A DNA stretch of 64,000 bases, from positions 3,100,001 to 3,164,000 of the forward strand of contig CP075495.1 of NCBI GenBank assembly GCA_021613535.1, written 5' to 3'. Positions within the stretch are counted from its first letter, which is position 1. The number at the start of each line of letters is the position of its first letter. This DNA comes from Adineta vaga. Its lineage: Eukaryota > Animalia > Rotifera. A program made the position numbers and the translations under genes. Below are positions 1 through 14,900 of the stretch, one piece after another. A model generated the notes under the pieces. The model made no database searches and had not been told where the DNA came from. It was given only the letters and a program-made list of their open reading frames with translations.

Positions 1-1694
1 AGTTAGTTGACAACTTTAGCTCATCTCAGCCGTTATTTCTAGTATGTTTGTGAAAAAAATGCGCCTTTTATCGATCGATCAGAATCAGTTACAAGGGATC
101 AAGCAGAAATCGTGAATATAGTATTGAGAATAGTTTGTATTGTCGCTTTTTAAGTAGTTCCGAACTTATATTTCGGAATGTTATGCAAAGTGAGGACGTC
201 TTTCAAGTGTGGTGATTTTTTGTCAGTATATGAGAGTACATGTCAATACATGACAGTACAAGCTAACCGCTAACTTTTCAGACCTAAAATAGATCTATGC
301 ATGTCAGTAAATGAGAATACATGGCAGTACAAAGCTATTGATTACAGCTGTATCGTGTAGACAGAATTCTTAGCCAAATCCAGAGTACAATTTGTACTCG
401 TATTTGCGCAGCCCTCGATAGTTTGGAAACTCTTTTGGCAATATACCTTTTTTTTAGAGAGCAGTAGAGGTCTAGATTCACACGAAAACAGAGTTTTTTA
501 GGCTGGCTTGAGATTAACTGAATAGAGTGTATTTGCAGCGAGTTCTTGAATAGTACATCCTGTTTTAATTTTCACTTGTGGATTCGTAATAACACAAAGT
601 GATCAAGTCACCAGAATAGAAAGGAAGCCGATGGGTATAATACTTGAGTCGCTTCAAACGGCTAGCCGTTAATATTAGTTTACTTTCGAAATCCAGTATT
701 AATACAAAACTGAGAAAGTTTTGAGCCTGTCACGAAAATCAATAAACTAGTATTAACGTAAGAATAACAACAGAAAAATATCAATCTGTTGAAAGAAAAA
801 GCTAATAAGCTAGGATGTACTCGACAATTTGAGAATATATATCAAGATTTTTATGCTACGAATGAATGATACTATAACCCATGATTGACTTAGTTTCCGC
901 TCTAGTCAGACTCTTTATTCGAAAAATGTTAAAAATCGAGAAAAATATGGGACTAGCTAGTCGTGAGTGGGCGACCGACTAGGTGTCGCGTTAATGATCT
1001 TTTTATAGGTATAGTGTAAAGATTTAAAACATTTTAAGAAAGTCTCAAAATAGCCGATATATACATGAATGATATCTAGTATAGATTGAACGTGTAAAAA
1101 TATTGAGAAAAAACTTATTAGGGATGATATGGTATTAAGTGTCTACTGTAAAATTAAAATAAATTGATATGCAATTGTATCTTGTTGAACCGTTCGGAAA
1201 ACTGTATAGATATCTGGCGGTCCAACGATAAAAGTTTGAAAACTTTGGTCTATAACTGTCAGTGTAGTAATACTCTTTAACAGAGACATAAAATATGCTT
1301 TTTCATAGAGATCTAGTGAATAATGAGTGTGATATTTGTGTTGCGAATGTATCATACGTATACACTTGTGAATAAATAATGATCACTACATAGACTGTTG
1401 TTTCCACTTTGATAGTTGCAAGAAGAGTATAACATGAAAGAAAAGCAAATTATTTGTCTTTTAATAATAGATATTTTGAATTTTCTTTCAGAAAAGGGCC
1501 AGCGAATCCGTAGGATGAGCGCTACTTGTGAATTATTTTAGTGTTAATATATTTAGTCATGAGTGACAATTGAAAGATTTTATTATTTCTAATAAGGCAG
1601 CAAAATATTTGAAAATGAAAACTTATGCACAATATCACATAGACAACAGAAAAAAAGAGAATCAAAGTACATTGTTTTGTTTTTTTCCGATAAA

Positions 1695-4600
1695 CTATCG
1701 ATCAAAAAATGACGATCTTCCTCCAACAGAATTTCGTTTGTTTGGACAGCGAACCATTGACAAAACATAGGCACGTAAACTTGGATTCATAAAACAATAG
1801 ATTATTGGATTCAATGCATGCGTACATAAATATAAATAATAAATCATTATAGGACTTTTCATAATTCGTTCGGCATTTAAAATCGATGGTAGATAAAATA
1901 ATACAAATGAAACAGTAATAGCTAAAAATGTCGATGCCATACGTAATTGTTGTATACGATGACGATGTAATTGTTTTCGTAAGGTTTCACTATTTGATGT
2001 TGATGTTGCTGTTGTTGGACTTATCGGAGGTAGTATTGTTGATTCATCTTCTGGATGATTGACAAGTGACGGTAATTGGGTTATAGACGTTTGTTTTTTT
2101 GTACAACAACAACAACAGCAACATAACCATTTACTTTTTGATAAAGATGGTCGAGCAAAATGAAATTTAATTAATAAGTGACGTTTAGTCAAACATGGAC
2201 ATGGTAATTTATAATACATATTATGATTTCTATCCAATGCTCCATCAAGAGATACAGATGAAAGTGATAAATCTTTTGTCGTTTGTTTTTGCAATGTATT
2301 TCGACGATGTTCAATTTGAAATGAAACTTGTTTTCCACTATATAATTTCTCGGAAGATGGTTGTAAATCATCCAATGTACCTTCAGATATACTGATATTA
2401 TGTGATTTTAATGCTATTGGTAATGAATGATTTTGTTCCTCATTATCAATGAAATTCGACATTTCAAGATGTTGTTCATCGGGTAATGAATACGATTGTT
2501 TAGGTAATAAAGTTGTTGTAACTACATTTGATGAACCTGGCGATGGTCGAAAAGTAACAACGGAATCTGTTGGTCGTTGAGTAGGTTTTGGTGATGGATA
2601 AGCATCAAATTTATTTAAAACATTCAGACTTTTTTTCAATGCACGTATACGTGGATTTTGTCGACGAAGTGCAAGTACAAATGTAATCGTATAGAAAATT
2701 GTTACGATACCAACTAATGTATAAAAGACTTTATTTGATGAACTCTTTAATATTTCACGTATCGATTCTGATATAATTGATGTATCAGCAAAACATCGTG
2801 CAACAGTTGTTTTATATTCAAAATTCACTATTGTAATATTATTAGTGCCATTTGGATTAAGAGATTTTGTAATTGAATCAATTGTATCCGTAGTTAAGGA
2901 TGAATTTTGATCAAGATCAAAATCAATATCTTGATATTGTAAGGATGAATTACTTTCATTGGATAGCAGGAAATAATAACCAGTACGAAAAACACTTTTT
3001 GTTGGTTGAGTAGAAAATGCTAATGCAGTCAATGTACCAAGTCCAATTCCTATTCCAATGAATAAGATCAGCAAAACCTAAAATAATTGAAGAATTAAAA
3101 TCTTTCTATCAGAGTAATCAATAGTCTAATCATTAATGACATTTATTCATATAGTAAAAAGAACATTTTCAAAAATAAAATGTCAATACGAACTATCTAA
3201 CATTTTATCCCATTTTGAAATTTACGCTAATCATGTCTAAAAAAAGACATGTATAGTATAGATTCAATAGAATAATATTTCTGATAATTATGTTCATAAT
3301 TTTTTTCTATCTATTTGTGTATATGATAATTAATCATGTTTTTCATGGATTTCTTAGCAAACAAGATAGAGCGATTTCCTATCTATGATATGTTTCTTCT
3401 CTAATGAATGATATTCATTGCAATTGATTAGATACATTATAACTCATAATAGTTTCATAGTCCTTAAATAATACGACGAACATGAGAGCAAAAGATCATC
3501 TATTGTAAAGTCACGATCTTTTCTATCGAGTACAAACTAAAAGTTCAATTGATATCATATTCATTTATTCTAAACATACAACACAAGTACATTCATGAAT
3601 TTCTAGAACGAGAAAGAAATCTCTTATTGACTTTATTTAGACTAGTAGACCAATAATAATGTAATTATTTGAAGAAAACGTGAGAATTTAATTGAGATCT
3701 GTTTTCTATTATACTCGACGGTTAATCGAACGCTTTTGACAAACTGAAAAATATACCATATAAACCGTTCTTTCACTATGTTTTAGAAATGCACGGTAAG
3801 TTATATTGAAATTTTCTAGGTGACGTCAATCGCACCTCTGATTTTAAAACTTTTTTCACTTTTAGTTATTACATAGAGTTAGTAATTAGATGATTAGTTT
3901 TCTCGAAGGTTGACAGGAACTTCATTGAAGTTTCTAGCACGATGAATGTGAAAATTTAATATCAATTTAGTCAATGAAATTTCTTTTTCTTTTTTTTTCA
4001 ATTATAAATGGAAATTAAGGATAAAACATTGTACTTCAATGTTAATCCATCGAGCAAGAAAAAACAACTATTCCAGATGTTTTATTACGGTAATTGATTC
4101 GATAAGCAAACATTGATGTGTAACAACTATTCAAGCATATAACAAAGTTCGTAATATGAGAAAAAAAATCTAGTTTCAATTTTTAATTATGTTTAAAAGA
4201 GTTAAATCGGATAAAGATTGTGACGTCGTCTTTTTCATTTTCAAAAGAAAAACTAAGAATTTCAAAGGCGACTTTAGCTAATCTTGATTAACTAATTTTA
4301 ATAAAAAATCTCTTTGAACACACTAATGAATATGCTAGGTCAAATGGAAACAATTACTAAATAACCAAATTTCATCTTTTTATACAATGTGCGTGTTTTT
4401 TTCGACTTACTTTGACGCGTCTTGGATTGAGTAAACGACAATGTGGGAGAGCAATATTTAGAAATCGATCAAAAGCAATAAATGACATAATAAATGATGA
4501 AATGATAATTAAATTCTTTGAAAATGAGTAAAAACGACAGATTGCTGTTGGAACAGCAAAGTCACGATATTCCATAATTGCAATTGTTGGTACAACAATT

Positions 4601-4773
4601 AAACATGTCCAAAGATCTACACATGCAAGAATAAGTATAAAAATAACTGATGTTGATTTCGATGAATTCCAACGATGACCATAAGCAAATAAAATCACTC
4701 CATTACCCATTGTGCCTATAATTGACACGAGTATGAAATATGCCATTAGACGTAGATTCATTGTTGTGGCCAT
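1695..4773 (-). CDS. Rhodopsin-family (class A) GPCR, orphan/peptide-receptor-like; 2 coding exons (4773-4411, 3077-1695), ~581 aa with a very long third intracellular loop
   Basis: GN in TM1, LACVD in TM2, IAFDRF (DRY-like), FYLP in TM6, NPIIY in TM7. GTAAGT donor at 4410 and TAG acceptor before 3077 join in phase 0. Confidence 0.88.
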
Positions 4774-7700
4774 GTTCAGTTCGTTATTTCAAAGGAAAAA
4801 TAAACATCTAAATCAAAAAAACAAGGAAAGAAAAACATAAGTATTCAACTGAGGACTTCTTGATGAAACTTAAGGAATGATGTCGCCGGTTTTTCATAAA
4901 AGAAAAGAATCTAGCATTTTCAGTTCTATCTCATTTTTTTAACGATTTAGTTTATGGTTTCCAGATTATATTTTGCTTTCCTTGTTTCTCTCTCTCTCTC
5001 TTTTCCATTCTATCCTTGTTGAAAACATGCACTTCACGTAGAAAAATTCTTAGCAATGTTGTTATGACGAGAGAAAAAAAGAATGAGTCAATGAGAAAAA
5101 TATCAAGATCTTCAGACTGATTCGAAGGATATAAAAAGAAAAGATTTTTAGTTCTTCAGAAACAAGTATTCTATAGAGATTAATTCTTATCTGCAGTAGA
5201 CGAATCAATTCAACATACAATTAGTATTCGAACAGAAACTATTCTCTATCATCTAAAAAAGAAAACAACAAATTTCTGTCCTTCTTATCGCAAGAAAGAA
5301 TTTATGATGTTTTAGAGAAATTTATTTTAATGTGTTTCGTGACAATAGTGTTTATAAATATATATATATAGACAAAAAAAAACCAAACTTTTTATCAACT
5401 AATTTTATCACGTTGAGAATTGCCTTTCTCGAATATGAATGCATTTATTTCTTCTAAAAAAGAAACTTCTCGTGCACTTTACATCTTAACAAAACGGTCA
5501 TGCTATTACAGTACTCTTCCTATTGTATCTCATTAATAGAAGTTAGTCGCAAAAAAACAAACAAATATGTTAATTATAAACGAAAACATTTGATCATTTT
5601 TTTTCTTTCTAATCCCAACTTTAGTCGAGAAAATCAGAACCTAATCAAGATTCTCGAATGAAATTTTACATATGATTATTTATTAAAAACGAGTGTCAAC
5701 GATAAATTTAATTATTTATAGAAGAACACACATCAATAATTGATATCTACACAAGTTACACGAGGAGTTTCTTCTCATACAAATAAGACTCAACGTACAA
5801 TCAAATTTTTGATTGAATTTATCGAAAAGAAATGACCTAGTTTATTATCCTTTGAGATTAACTTACTCGCATTACAAAATTAAACTTATCTATCTTGATT
5901 AATAAAATTATAAACAACTTCATCATCATCATCATCAATTAGTAACTGAAGTAAAATAAAAACAAGTGTTTTTCCTATTCTCACAAGACTATATTCATTA
6001 TCTATGATATAATATGATCGATACTATATTTCTACCTGACAAGTCCCGTCTCATTTTTCTTCGTATGTAAATGATTCTCATCAAAATGTCAATCATGTAG
6101 ATCTGGTTTTTATATTCTTCTATACAAGATCAAATCCGATTTGATATTCTCAATAATTAACAAAACTACTATTAATTGATTCTATGATTGATAGAAAACA
6201 TATGCATGAGTAAATTTAATGAGAGAAAAATTATTTTTCTCATGTAATTATTATTATATTAATTACAAAATAATCATTTTTCAGTTAGACAAATGAATTT
6301 CATGTATATAATCGATTAATTCAATCAAATCTTTCTTGTTATCAAATAACTGCAAGTCAAATATTATTTTGCTGAATGCAATTTAACTTGAACTGATGTA
6401 ATTCATTATTATTAGAATTGGAGAATATCTATTAAAGTTTAATGAATCAGAAAAATGAAGAGGTTCGATATACATATATATATATATTCTTCTTTATATG
6501 AGTTATCTAAGTAAAAGTGTCGTACACAATCTATGATATTTAATGGCCTCTTAAAGACGTTACTTGAACGACAAAAATAGAATCATGCGTGAACATCCAT
6601 TTAAAATGCACTCGATGATAAAAAATAGAGAAACAAAAGAGTTATTACTACATAGGTTTCCTCTTTTTTTTCTTACGATTATCTATGATTCAAATCTCGA
6701 TTCGATATATATATATATATATTCTAAGGAATTTTTGATTATTCAAATATACTTACAAGAGAATTAATAGATTACAAATTATGTTCGTTGAAAATATGTT
6801 AACTTACTTGAATCAGTTGAGATATAAACAAACCAATTGTCTTCTAAAATGATTTGTTTTTTAAGAATAAGATAGATTGACAGACATATTCATTGACAGA
6901 CGTTATTTCTCAAGAAAATAAGAGAATGATATAGCTCTGCCTATTAAATGCTTTTCGACGATAGGACAAAACAAGCAGAAATAAATGTGTAACTAAGCTA
7001 ATTGTATATTTGACATAACTAGGATGGATTGTTGCTTTCTTTTCTTTATCTTTTTTGCTTGTTTCTCTCGTTCTCTTTCCTAGAAGAATTCGAATAAGCA
7101 AACCATGGAATATGTGTATTATTTATTTTATAAATAGTTTTTAGCCAGCATATGAGGAAAGAAAAATAAATAATAACTACATGAGGTTCGAGGGAATTAT
7201 CATGAAAAAAGATGGAATGAAATCTTTGAAAGAAATAATTAGAAATCATGACAAAAAACAAAAACAAAACGTCGATAATAGCTAGCATTCTCTCTCTACA
7301 GTCTTAAAACACATGATAGTTTAATGAATGAAGAAATGAATTTTTCTCAAGTAGTATTGAGTAAATGTTCTGCTCATATTTACAAAGTGCTACATGTTTT
7401 ACATAGTTAACCATTGAAGTATATCTTAGTTGTTCATTCAACTGATGGAAATTTTGAGTATAATTTTATTATATATATTTAGTTCTTTTCTTTTTTTTCG
7501 ATATATTTAGAATTTACTACAAGAAATCTTTCTGCGAGTATATTCAATCTTAATAAAAAAAAGTTACTTTTCAGTATAGTGGTAATTTCCTTCGTAAACA
7601 CAAATATGTATATGGATTGGATGATTGTCGTTGATGACAATCATTTTTGGCCTTTAGGTTATTAATAAAGCAATCATTTCGAAATAATTAGAACCTGACA

Positions 7701-9544
7701 TTCATCTCGTTCCCTTCTTTCTCCGTCTATGTTATTTTCTAGTTTTTCTTTTTTTTCTTCATTAGAATAGTTCGAAGAAAAATTCGTTTGAATATAGAAA
7801 TAGAAATCGAGACAAATAGTTTGAGGTAGACATTATTATTACTTTTTCCTTTGCCAGGAAATCGAAACATTACTATCCATTAGAGTATTTCTAAGCTTTT
7901 GATGAGTATATGACTTCGTTGATTGAATGTAATTTGTTTTTGAAAAAACATGATTTTCTCATAAATATATAAATTAATTTACTATTTTTCAACGATAAAT
8001 CAAAATATAAACAGATTAAAGATCAATTTATATCAAGATGTAGTTAGAGAAGATTCGATGAAAGTTTAATCAACCTTACAACATTATTAAAGTTTCTCTC
8101 TTTTTCTGTTGTATACAATAAGATTAACATTCTTCTGATACAGCTTGACTCTAATATAATGACGTATATCTTTAATTCAATTTGAATATATCTGATAGGA
8201 TGCTCTACAGCACGTTCTTATCTTATCAATGAGAGATATACCAGAAAATTCTTTTACAGAAAAACATATTCAACTATCAACGAATGCATTCCTACTTACT
8301 TTCTTGAAGAAAATCTCTGCATGATTAATAACTATTTATGTATATATTTGTTTTTTTTCAAACATTAAAGTTTTTCATTAACATTAGTATAAATATCTTT
8401 TTCTTCCAAAGAAGAAAAATAAAGCTTAGCTTTCTGTGGATTCTAAAGGCTATAACTCTCAAAAGTAGATTTAACATAAACAGTAAACATTGTGTGAATA
8501 TCAAATTGATTTACATTTCAATTATGTTTCCAAATAACAAAGAATAGTCTTAAGATAAACTTAATATTATTATCAATGAAGTTTTTTGATGATGATGATG
8601 TTGAATGAAAGGTTTATACTGCGATTCCATTGTCACTTATATATATATATATATAGCTTTAAAGAATATTCAGATTAATTTCTTCCAGATCATAACAACT
8701 AATGAACTACTTTCATATACATGTTTTTGACAATCTTCTTATCTTTCTCAAACTTTTTGAACTTCAATTATAGTTACATTAGTTATGTACTCATTTATGA
8801 CTATTAATACAACTTTTATTATGGCATTCATAGAACTTATTAATCAAAGAGATTTTTATGTCAACAATAAGCTTTCTATTTTGATTTAATACGCTTCTAC
8901 TAAAGTATTATGTGATTTGATGATTAAAAATATTTACTCAACTAAAAATAGTTTAATTAACAATGATATTTTTTGCAAAATGAAAAATTATATATAATTA
9001 AAATTTCCTCCTTTTTTTTGTTCTTACGTGTAATTCAAACCGCAACCATTCCAGTCTTCAATTTTTATGACATCCTCGATTTTTATTACTTATCATTAAA
9101 TTAAAAGTGGTTTCAAACATAAGAAAAGAAAGTACACTTCGATATTTCTTATTCTTTCAAAAGTACTTTCGAGATTGTGAGTACTGCAACTGCAGTAAAT
9201 AGTTCAGAGAACGACTTGAGTTTTAAATTTTAATCAATTCGAATGATATTGAGTCTTAACAAAAACTGATTTTCAATGAATACAACTAAAAATACTATTC
9301 AAACAACGTAAATAATTGTTAGGCGTAGGAATGTACCAAGCTCGAGTTCGATACGTTCTCGATTATACGATAACATGTAGAGTAAATCCAGTGACATTTC
9401 TGGAAAGTATATTCTTAAGAGGAACGGAAATAAATATCAGAAATCTCGTTTTGTTTTTATCGTCATCTGATCAACATATCTATTGATATGTTATTGTTTT
9501 ATTAGAAACAAAGAGCAAAACAATAATAACAATAACAGCTAAAG

Positions 9545-11727
9545 TCAATAGGTACTGAAATGTTTTAAACGATATAAGAGTACTTTGCCATTATTATTGC
9601 CTAAAGTGAGAAAACCACTGTTCGGTGAAAAATCTAATCCATTGACGATTTGTATTTTTTTATCATGAAATTCTGGAAAATTTTCATACACTGTTAAAGT
9701 TGGCATATGAACCTAAACAAATAAATTTTTGTCCAATTAGTTTTGCTTTTTTTTCTTTCTTCTTCTTCTCATTTTTCTTACTAATCGAACTGCTTTCGAA
9801 AGATGATAGGAATTTATTGCTAATAATTCCGAACTTGAATTCATCTTGACATTTTGTATTGATGTTGTTAAGTTTTTCAAATATTTTATTGGTTTTGGCT
9901 CACCACTTTTCAAAACATCATCATAGGAATAAACATTTACAATACCACTTTTTTGACTAGAAGAAAACAATAATTTTCGAAAAGAAATATTATGAAATTT
10001 AGAAATACCCTGTAACAAAATATTGTTGATTTGATGAAACACACATACTCGTTGTAGAATAACTTCCATCATCAATAAAACGATGTATTGCTGCTCGACG
10101 ACGAACATCAAAGACTGTAACAATGCCTTCATCTAATCAACAACAATCTTGATAATAAAAACACATGGAAAAGAAAGAAAAATGTCTACCTCCACAAGCA
10201 AACATAACTTCACCATCTTGTCGAAATGTTACACTATTGATATTACCAGAAATTTGTGTAGTATCAATCAATTCTTTTGACTAGAATAAAAAGGAAAACA
10301 AATCATCATGCGTCTGTAAAGAATTTGTTTACTTTTGCAGAAACAAAATGTAATTGACCATTTCGATTGATGAAAACAATTAAAGATCCATCTGGACTTA
10401 ATTCAAATTTTCCCAAACGTCCTTCAAATCCTAAATACGATATTTAAAAAAAGAACGTTCTAAAATCTATACAAAAAACAAACAAACTCACCTCTCATCA
10501 TTGGTATTTGCATGATTTTTCCTTCAATCATATCGTATACTTTGAAGAAATTTCGATCACCGGTAACGATTACTTGATTTCCATCTTTAGTAAAATGTGC
10601 TGTATCAATTGAATATCGTTCGAAGAAAAGAGAATGTAAACGTTCATTTTTCTTTCCATCGACCTATTTAATAACAAAATTTACTCTTTGAAAATATCAA
10701 AGGATCATTTAGAATTACTTGATATAAATTCAAATATTGACTACGACCAGCTGTAAGAAGAACTCGAGCAGTTGGATGAAATTCAACAGATCTTAATAAT
10801 TTCTGTAAAATATAGAAATGAATTTAGTGAAAATATTGGAAACAAAATCATACTGAATGAGCAACATCATGTTTAAAATCAGCACAACGAAGACAATCAA
10901 TTGTTCCAGCTCGTAAAACACTTGATTTCGTTAAGTAATTACCCGTACGACGAAATAATTCTTCATCACTATCATCTAATTGAAATTTTTTTAAATAAAA
11001 TTTCGAAATATTTTTCAAAACATTAATTACCATCTTCTGTTCTCTTATTTAATAATTTCTCTGCCCATGATGGTCGACCCATAACACGTTCATATCTAAA
11101 ACAATTGATCAATCAGCAAGAATTCAATTAACTACAATGAAAATCGTTTACTCGAATTTCAATTTTGTTTCATATTCTCCTGTTGTAATTTTTCGTCGTT
11201 TTCTTGGATTTATCTGATTGAAATTTGGTTCACGAACACTTACATATTGAAAATGAACAAACAAATTCGTTTAATTCAATGGAAACAAAAACTTTTTCTT
11301 TCACTCACGTTTCTTCTGTTACTTCTTCACTATCAATCCAAGCTGGTTTTTTCGATTCATTTGTTTGAATCTTATTCACAACCTATATCAAAGTTGAAAA
11401 AAGATAATGATGATGATGATGATCTATATATATATAGTCATAATTTACTTGGTTAGATTTTGTTGTAACTGATGTTAATTCTTCGAGATAATCATCATCA
11501 TCACCAAAAACTAAATGTGTCAAAGCTGATTCTTCATCAAAACGTTTTCCATGTGTTTCATCATCATTATCCTCTGTTGCTAGCGTATATTTAATCCGAC
11601 GTTTGGTCGTTTTCTTCTTTTTTTTCTTTTCTGTTTTCGATGTTTTCGTTGTTACTTCTACAGGTGCATCGGAATCATCATCATCCTCGTAATTTTCCGT
11701 CTTGATATTCTCATTAATTGAAACCAT
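9545..11727 (-). CDS. UTP18: U3 snoRNP/SSU processome WD40 protein UTP18 homolog, multi-exon
   Basis: Acidic/basic N-terminus, EESALTHLVFGD, PAWID, MGRPSWA, VEFHPTARVLLTAG and C-terminal DFSPNSGFLTLGNNNGKVLLYRLKHFSTY*, assembled across short GT-AG introns. Confidence 0.9.
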
Positions 11728-11964
11728 TGTTCAAAATCTTAAATAAAACAAAACAGTCATGGAAACATTCGGGTTTTTTTCTTCATCAATTAAATTGATT
11801 CAAATATTATCATTAATAGAAAACAAAGTATGAAATGCTACAGAAAATGATTATGTACAAAAACATAAGTGTAACAATGAAGAAAGAAAAAACAGTTAAC
11901 GTTATGTACAATAGATGAATAGAATATGTTTGGAATGAATAATAGAAAAAAAACAAAATGAGAT

Positions 11965-14900
11965 TCAAAAAAACCACTCTCGTGCTTCAGTTACATCGGG
12001 ATGACGAGGATCACCACGAATAATCGCTGTATCAGCATCAATAGCTTGATCAGCTCCTTCATCCTCTTTCGTTTCATATTGACCACTTTGACGTGATTTA
12101 CGATAACATAATCCAATAAAGAGAAGAATGACAACAGCAAAAACAGATAATAAACTGAGAATAATACCTAAATTTCTGGCATAAATATTTTGTGCGTAGA
12201 CAGGACGAGGTAAGGCTAAATGAAGTAACGATTTTTTTTACTACACACATTAGATTCTATATATAAACATACCAAGAATAGAAAATCCACGATCAGGTGG
12301 AATTTCCACAGGTTCTGGTGCATATTTCACAGGTTCTGTTCCACATGGCCATTCTCTGATGAAATCATAAAGAAAAATGATAGATTTTAAGAAAGTAAAT
12401 AGTATAAGATTTACCGAATATTTCCACCTGTCCATGTTATATTTGGATCACGTTCTTCCAAAAATGCATATTTCAATGGAAATATACGATTAAATTGTAA
12501 TCGAGCAATACAACCACTAAAACCTTGTTCGGGCGGTGTTGTTTCATTTCGGCCAATGTACATTACACGTGGACTATCAAATTGCATATCAATTTGTTGA
12601 GTTTGTGGGAAAACATCAATATATGGTTCATAATTATCGACAGAAATCATAATACGTTTACCATAATCACGACGTGTAACAATAACTTCATGATCTTGAC
12701 CATTTGTTAAATCATATGGAACATTGTATTCAAAAGTATCAAAACCATAATTGAATTTTACACGTACACCGCCATTATTATTTAATTCAAGAGTAAAATA
12801 ATCAACCATACCTTTTTCGTCGGTTTTATCAGATTTTAATTGCATTAAAATACCTTGTTTTTTGAAGGTAGTAAATAAAACGCGAATAGTTTCTTCCTCC
12901 GTTGCCGTAATACCTAAATTATAACGATATATTATAAAATTTGTCAAGAAGAATGTTTCGAAAAGGATAAAGTCATGTAATCAGATCGATAATGAAATAT
13001 TTCCTTGCAAGATGACGTATATTTCAACTAATCCAGTCATTTCAAAAAAAATTTTACCTTCAGTCGGAAAAGTATATTTGATCATCGTATTAGCTTCTAA
13101 TCGTGTTCCAATTTCTGTTGAACATATTGGTCCACGAAATGGTGTGAATGTACAATCACAATCATATGTTGACCATCGTTCATTACAGCGTCCACCATTT
13201 AAACAAGGATTACTTTGACATTTACCAATACAGTCAGGTGATATACCGTACATGCCTTGTAAGGCAAAATATTTTAAATCGATTAATTCGCCATTAACTT
13301 GAAATGCACGCATACAACCAACAAAACCGTTTCGATTTGTTACTGATGCACCAATGGTTAAATTAGATGTTAAACGCATATGTCGAAATGTAGTTTGATC
13401 TTCTGGATTAGCAGCTGATAGACCATCAACTGTTAAACGTGCTTCTTGTCGATTAATTTCAATTTGTACTGTATGCCAGTCATTATCATTGAAATCGTAA
13501 GGTGAGCGAATGGTAATGATATTTGTTCCTCGGCCAACACTGTAACGAAATGCTATTTCACGTGGTGCTTGAAGACGAATCTTGAAACAAAAACAAAAGT
13601 TTGTTAATAAAAAAATCATACATCTCAAATTTCTTTACTTCAATAAGATCTCCATCTTCATAACCGATATTTTGAAGCATAATTGCTGAACCAAATGTAG
13701 CGGAATCAAAACCAGTTTTAAATTGAAAACGTATATCACCAGCCACTTTTGCTTCAAATGGTGGTACAGTTATAATTGCATCAGCTTTACGAAATGTCAC
13801 CGTATTATCATAGAGTAAATCTCCTTCACATTGTAAACGACCCACTTGATATCGACCATATTGTTGTGAAGCAGGTGGACCTGTATCACCGAATTCGACG
13901 CGAAGAACTGGCAAAAATTCTTTTCTTGTTAAATAACCACCATCTTTTAATTCAGTAGTCATTTGAGAATCACAATTACAGAATAAATTTGGATTTGCAC
14001 ATGTCATATCTAATCCACATGAACATTTGCCCGTGCCTATTTCACTTCCACCCCAATAATCCATTGTTTGATTTGTACGACCAACCCACCAACCCAATGG
14101 TGTATTCGGATAATTCAATAGACGAGAATTGAAACATGTATATTCAAGATATTGTTTACAAACATGTGAACGATCAATGACAGCAAAGACTTGTGGTAAT
14201 GGTATACGATAATTTATATTTTGAGAATACAATGAATCGGGTAATTGATAACCACTTGAAACATAACTTTCTAATTCATGATAATGACCAATTTCAGTTA
14301 CATTGAGAGTTTCAGATTTTGCACCATATCGACAAAGAACAGCAACTGGAGCTAATGGACCGCTACCATCAACATCAATAATAGTTACACGTTGAGGAAT
14401 GATATCATCCATTTTCATACGATTGATTTTAAAATCCAGACATGATAATGGATTATCACTAATATGACATACAGCACCACTATAACCAGTTTTTGAACAA
14501 TCACAACGAAATCTTGTCCATGTCTAATAAGACAAAAAGAAATTAGTTGATATTAAAGAAAAAAGTGCAGTAAAACTTATCTTACTTGAGAACATAGTCC
14601 ACCGTGACGACATGGATTTGGTGTACATCGATCAAACATTTCACAAGCATCAACAAGTACATCATGATTGATGACCATTCCAGTTCTTGGTCGATTATTG
14701 TCATTATTAAACATCGTTAAATTACTAGTTACATCTCGTGGTAATATTTGTATTCCACTCATAACTAATTGTCGTATACAACCTACAAAACCATTCATAG
14801 CTGTTTCACGATTAATCTGATCACCATTTGAACTGAAAGTAAATCGATCAGTTGTTGATAAATTATTACGTGTAAATGAAAATTCAGGTTCATAATCGAC

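Noticed and set aside
225-340. Two imperfect copies of TGAGA.TACATG.CAGTACAA.GCTA about 80 nt apart
   Set aside because: Only two degenerate copies, with no spacer array or termini. Not a CRISPR or a definable element, possibly old TE debris.
880-990. GACTAG-rich patch suggestive of a decayed MITE
   Set aside because: No matching TIR pair or TSD could be established.
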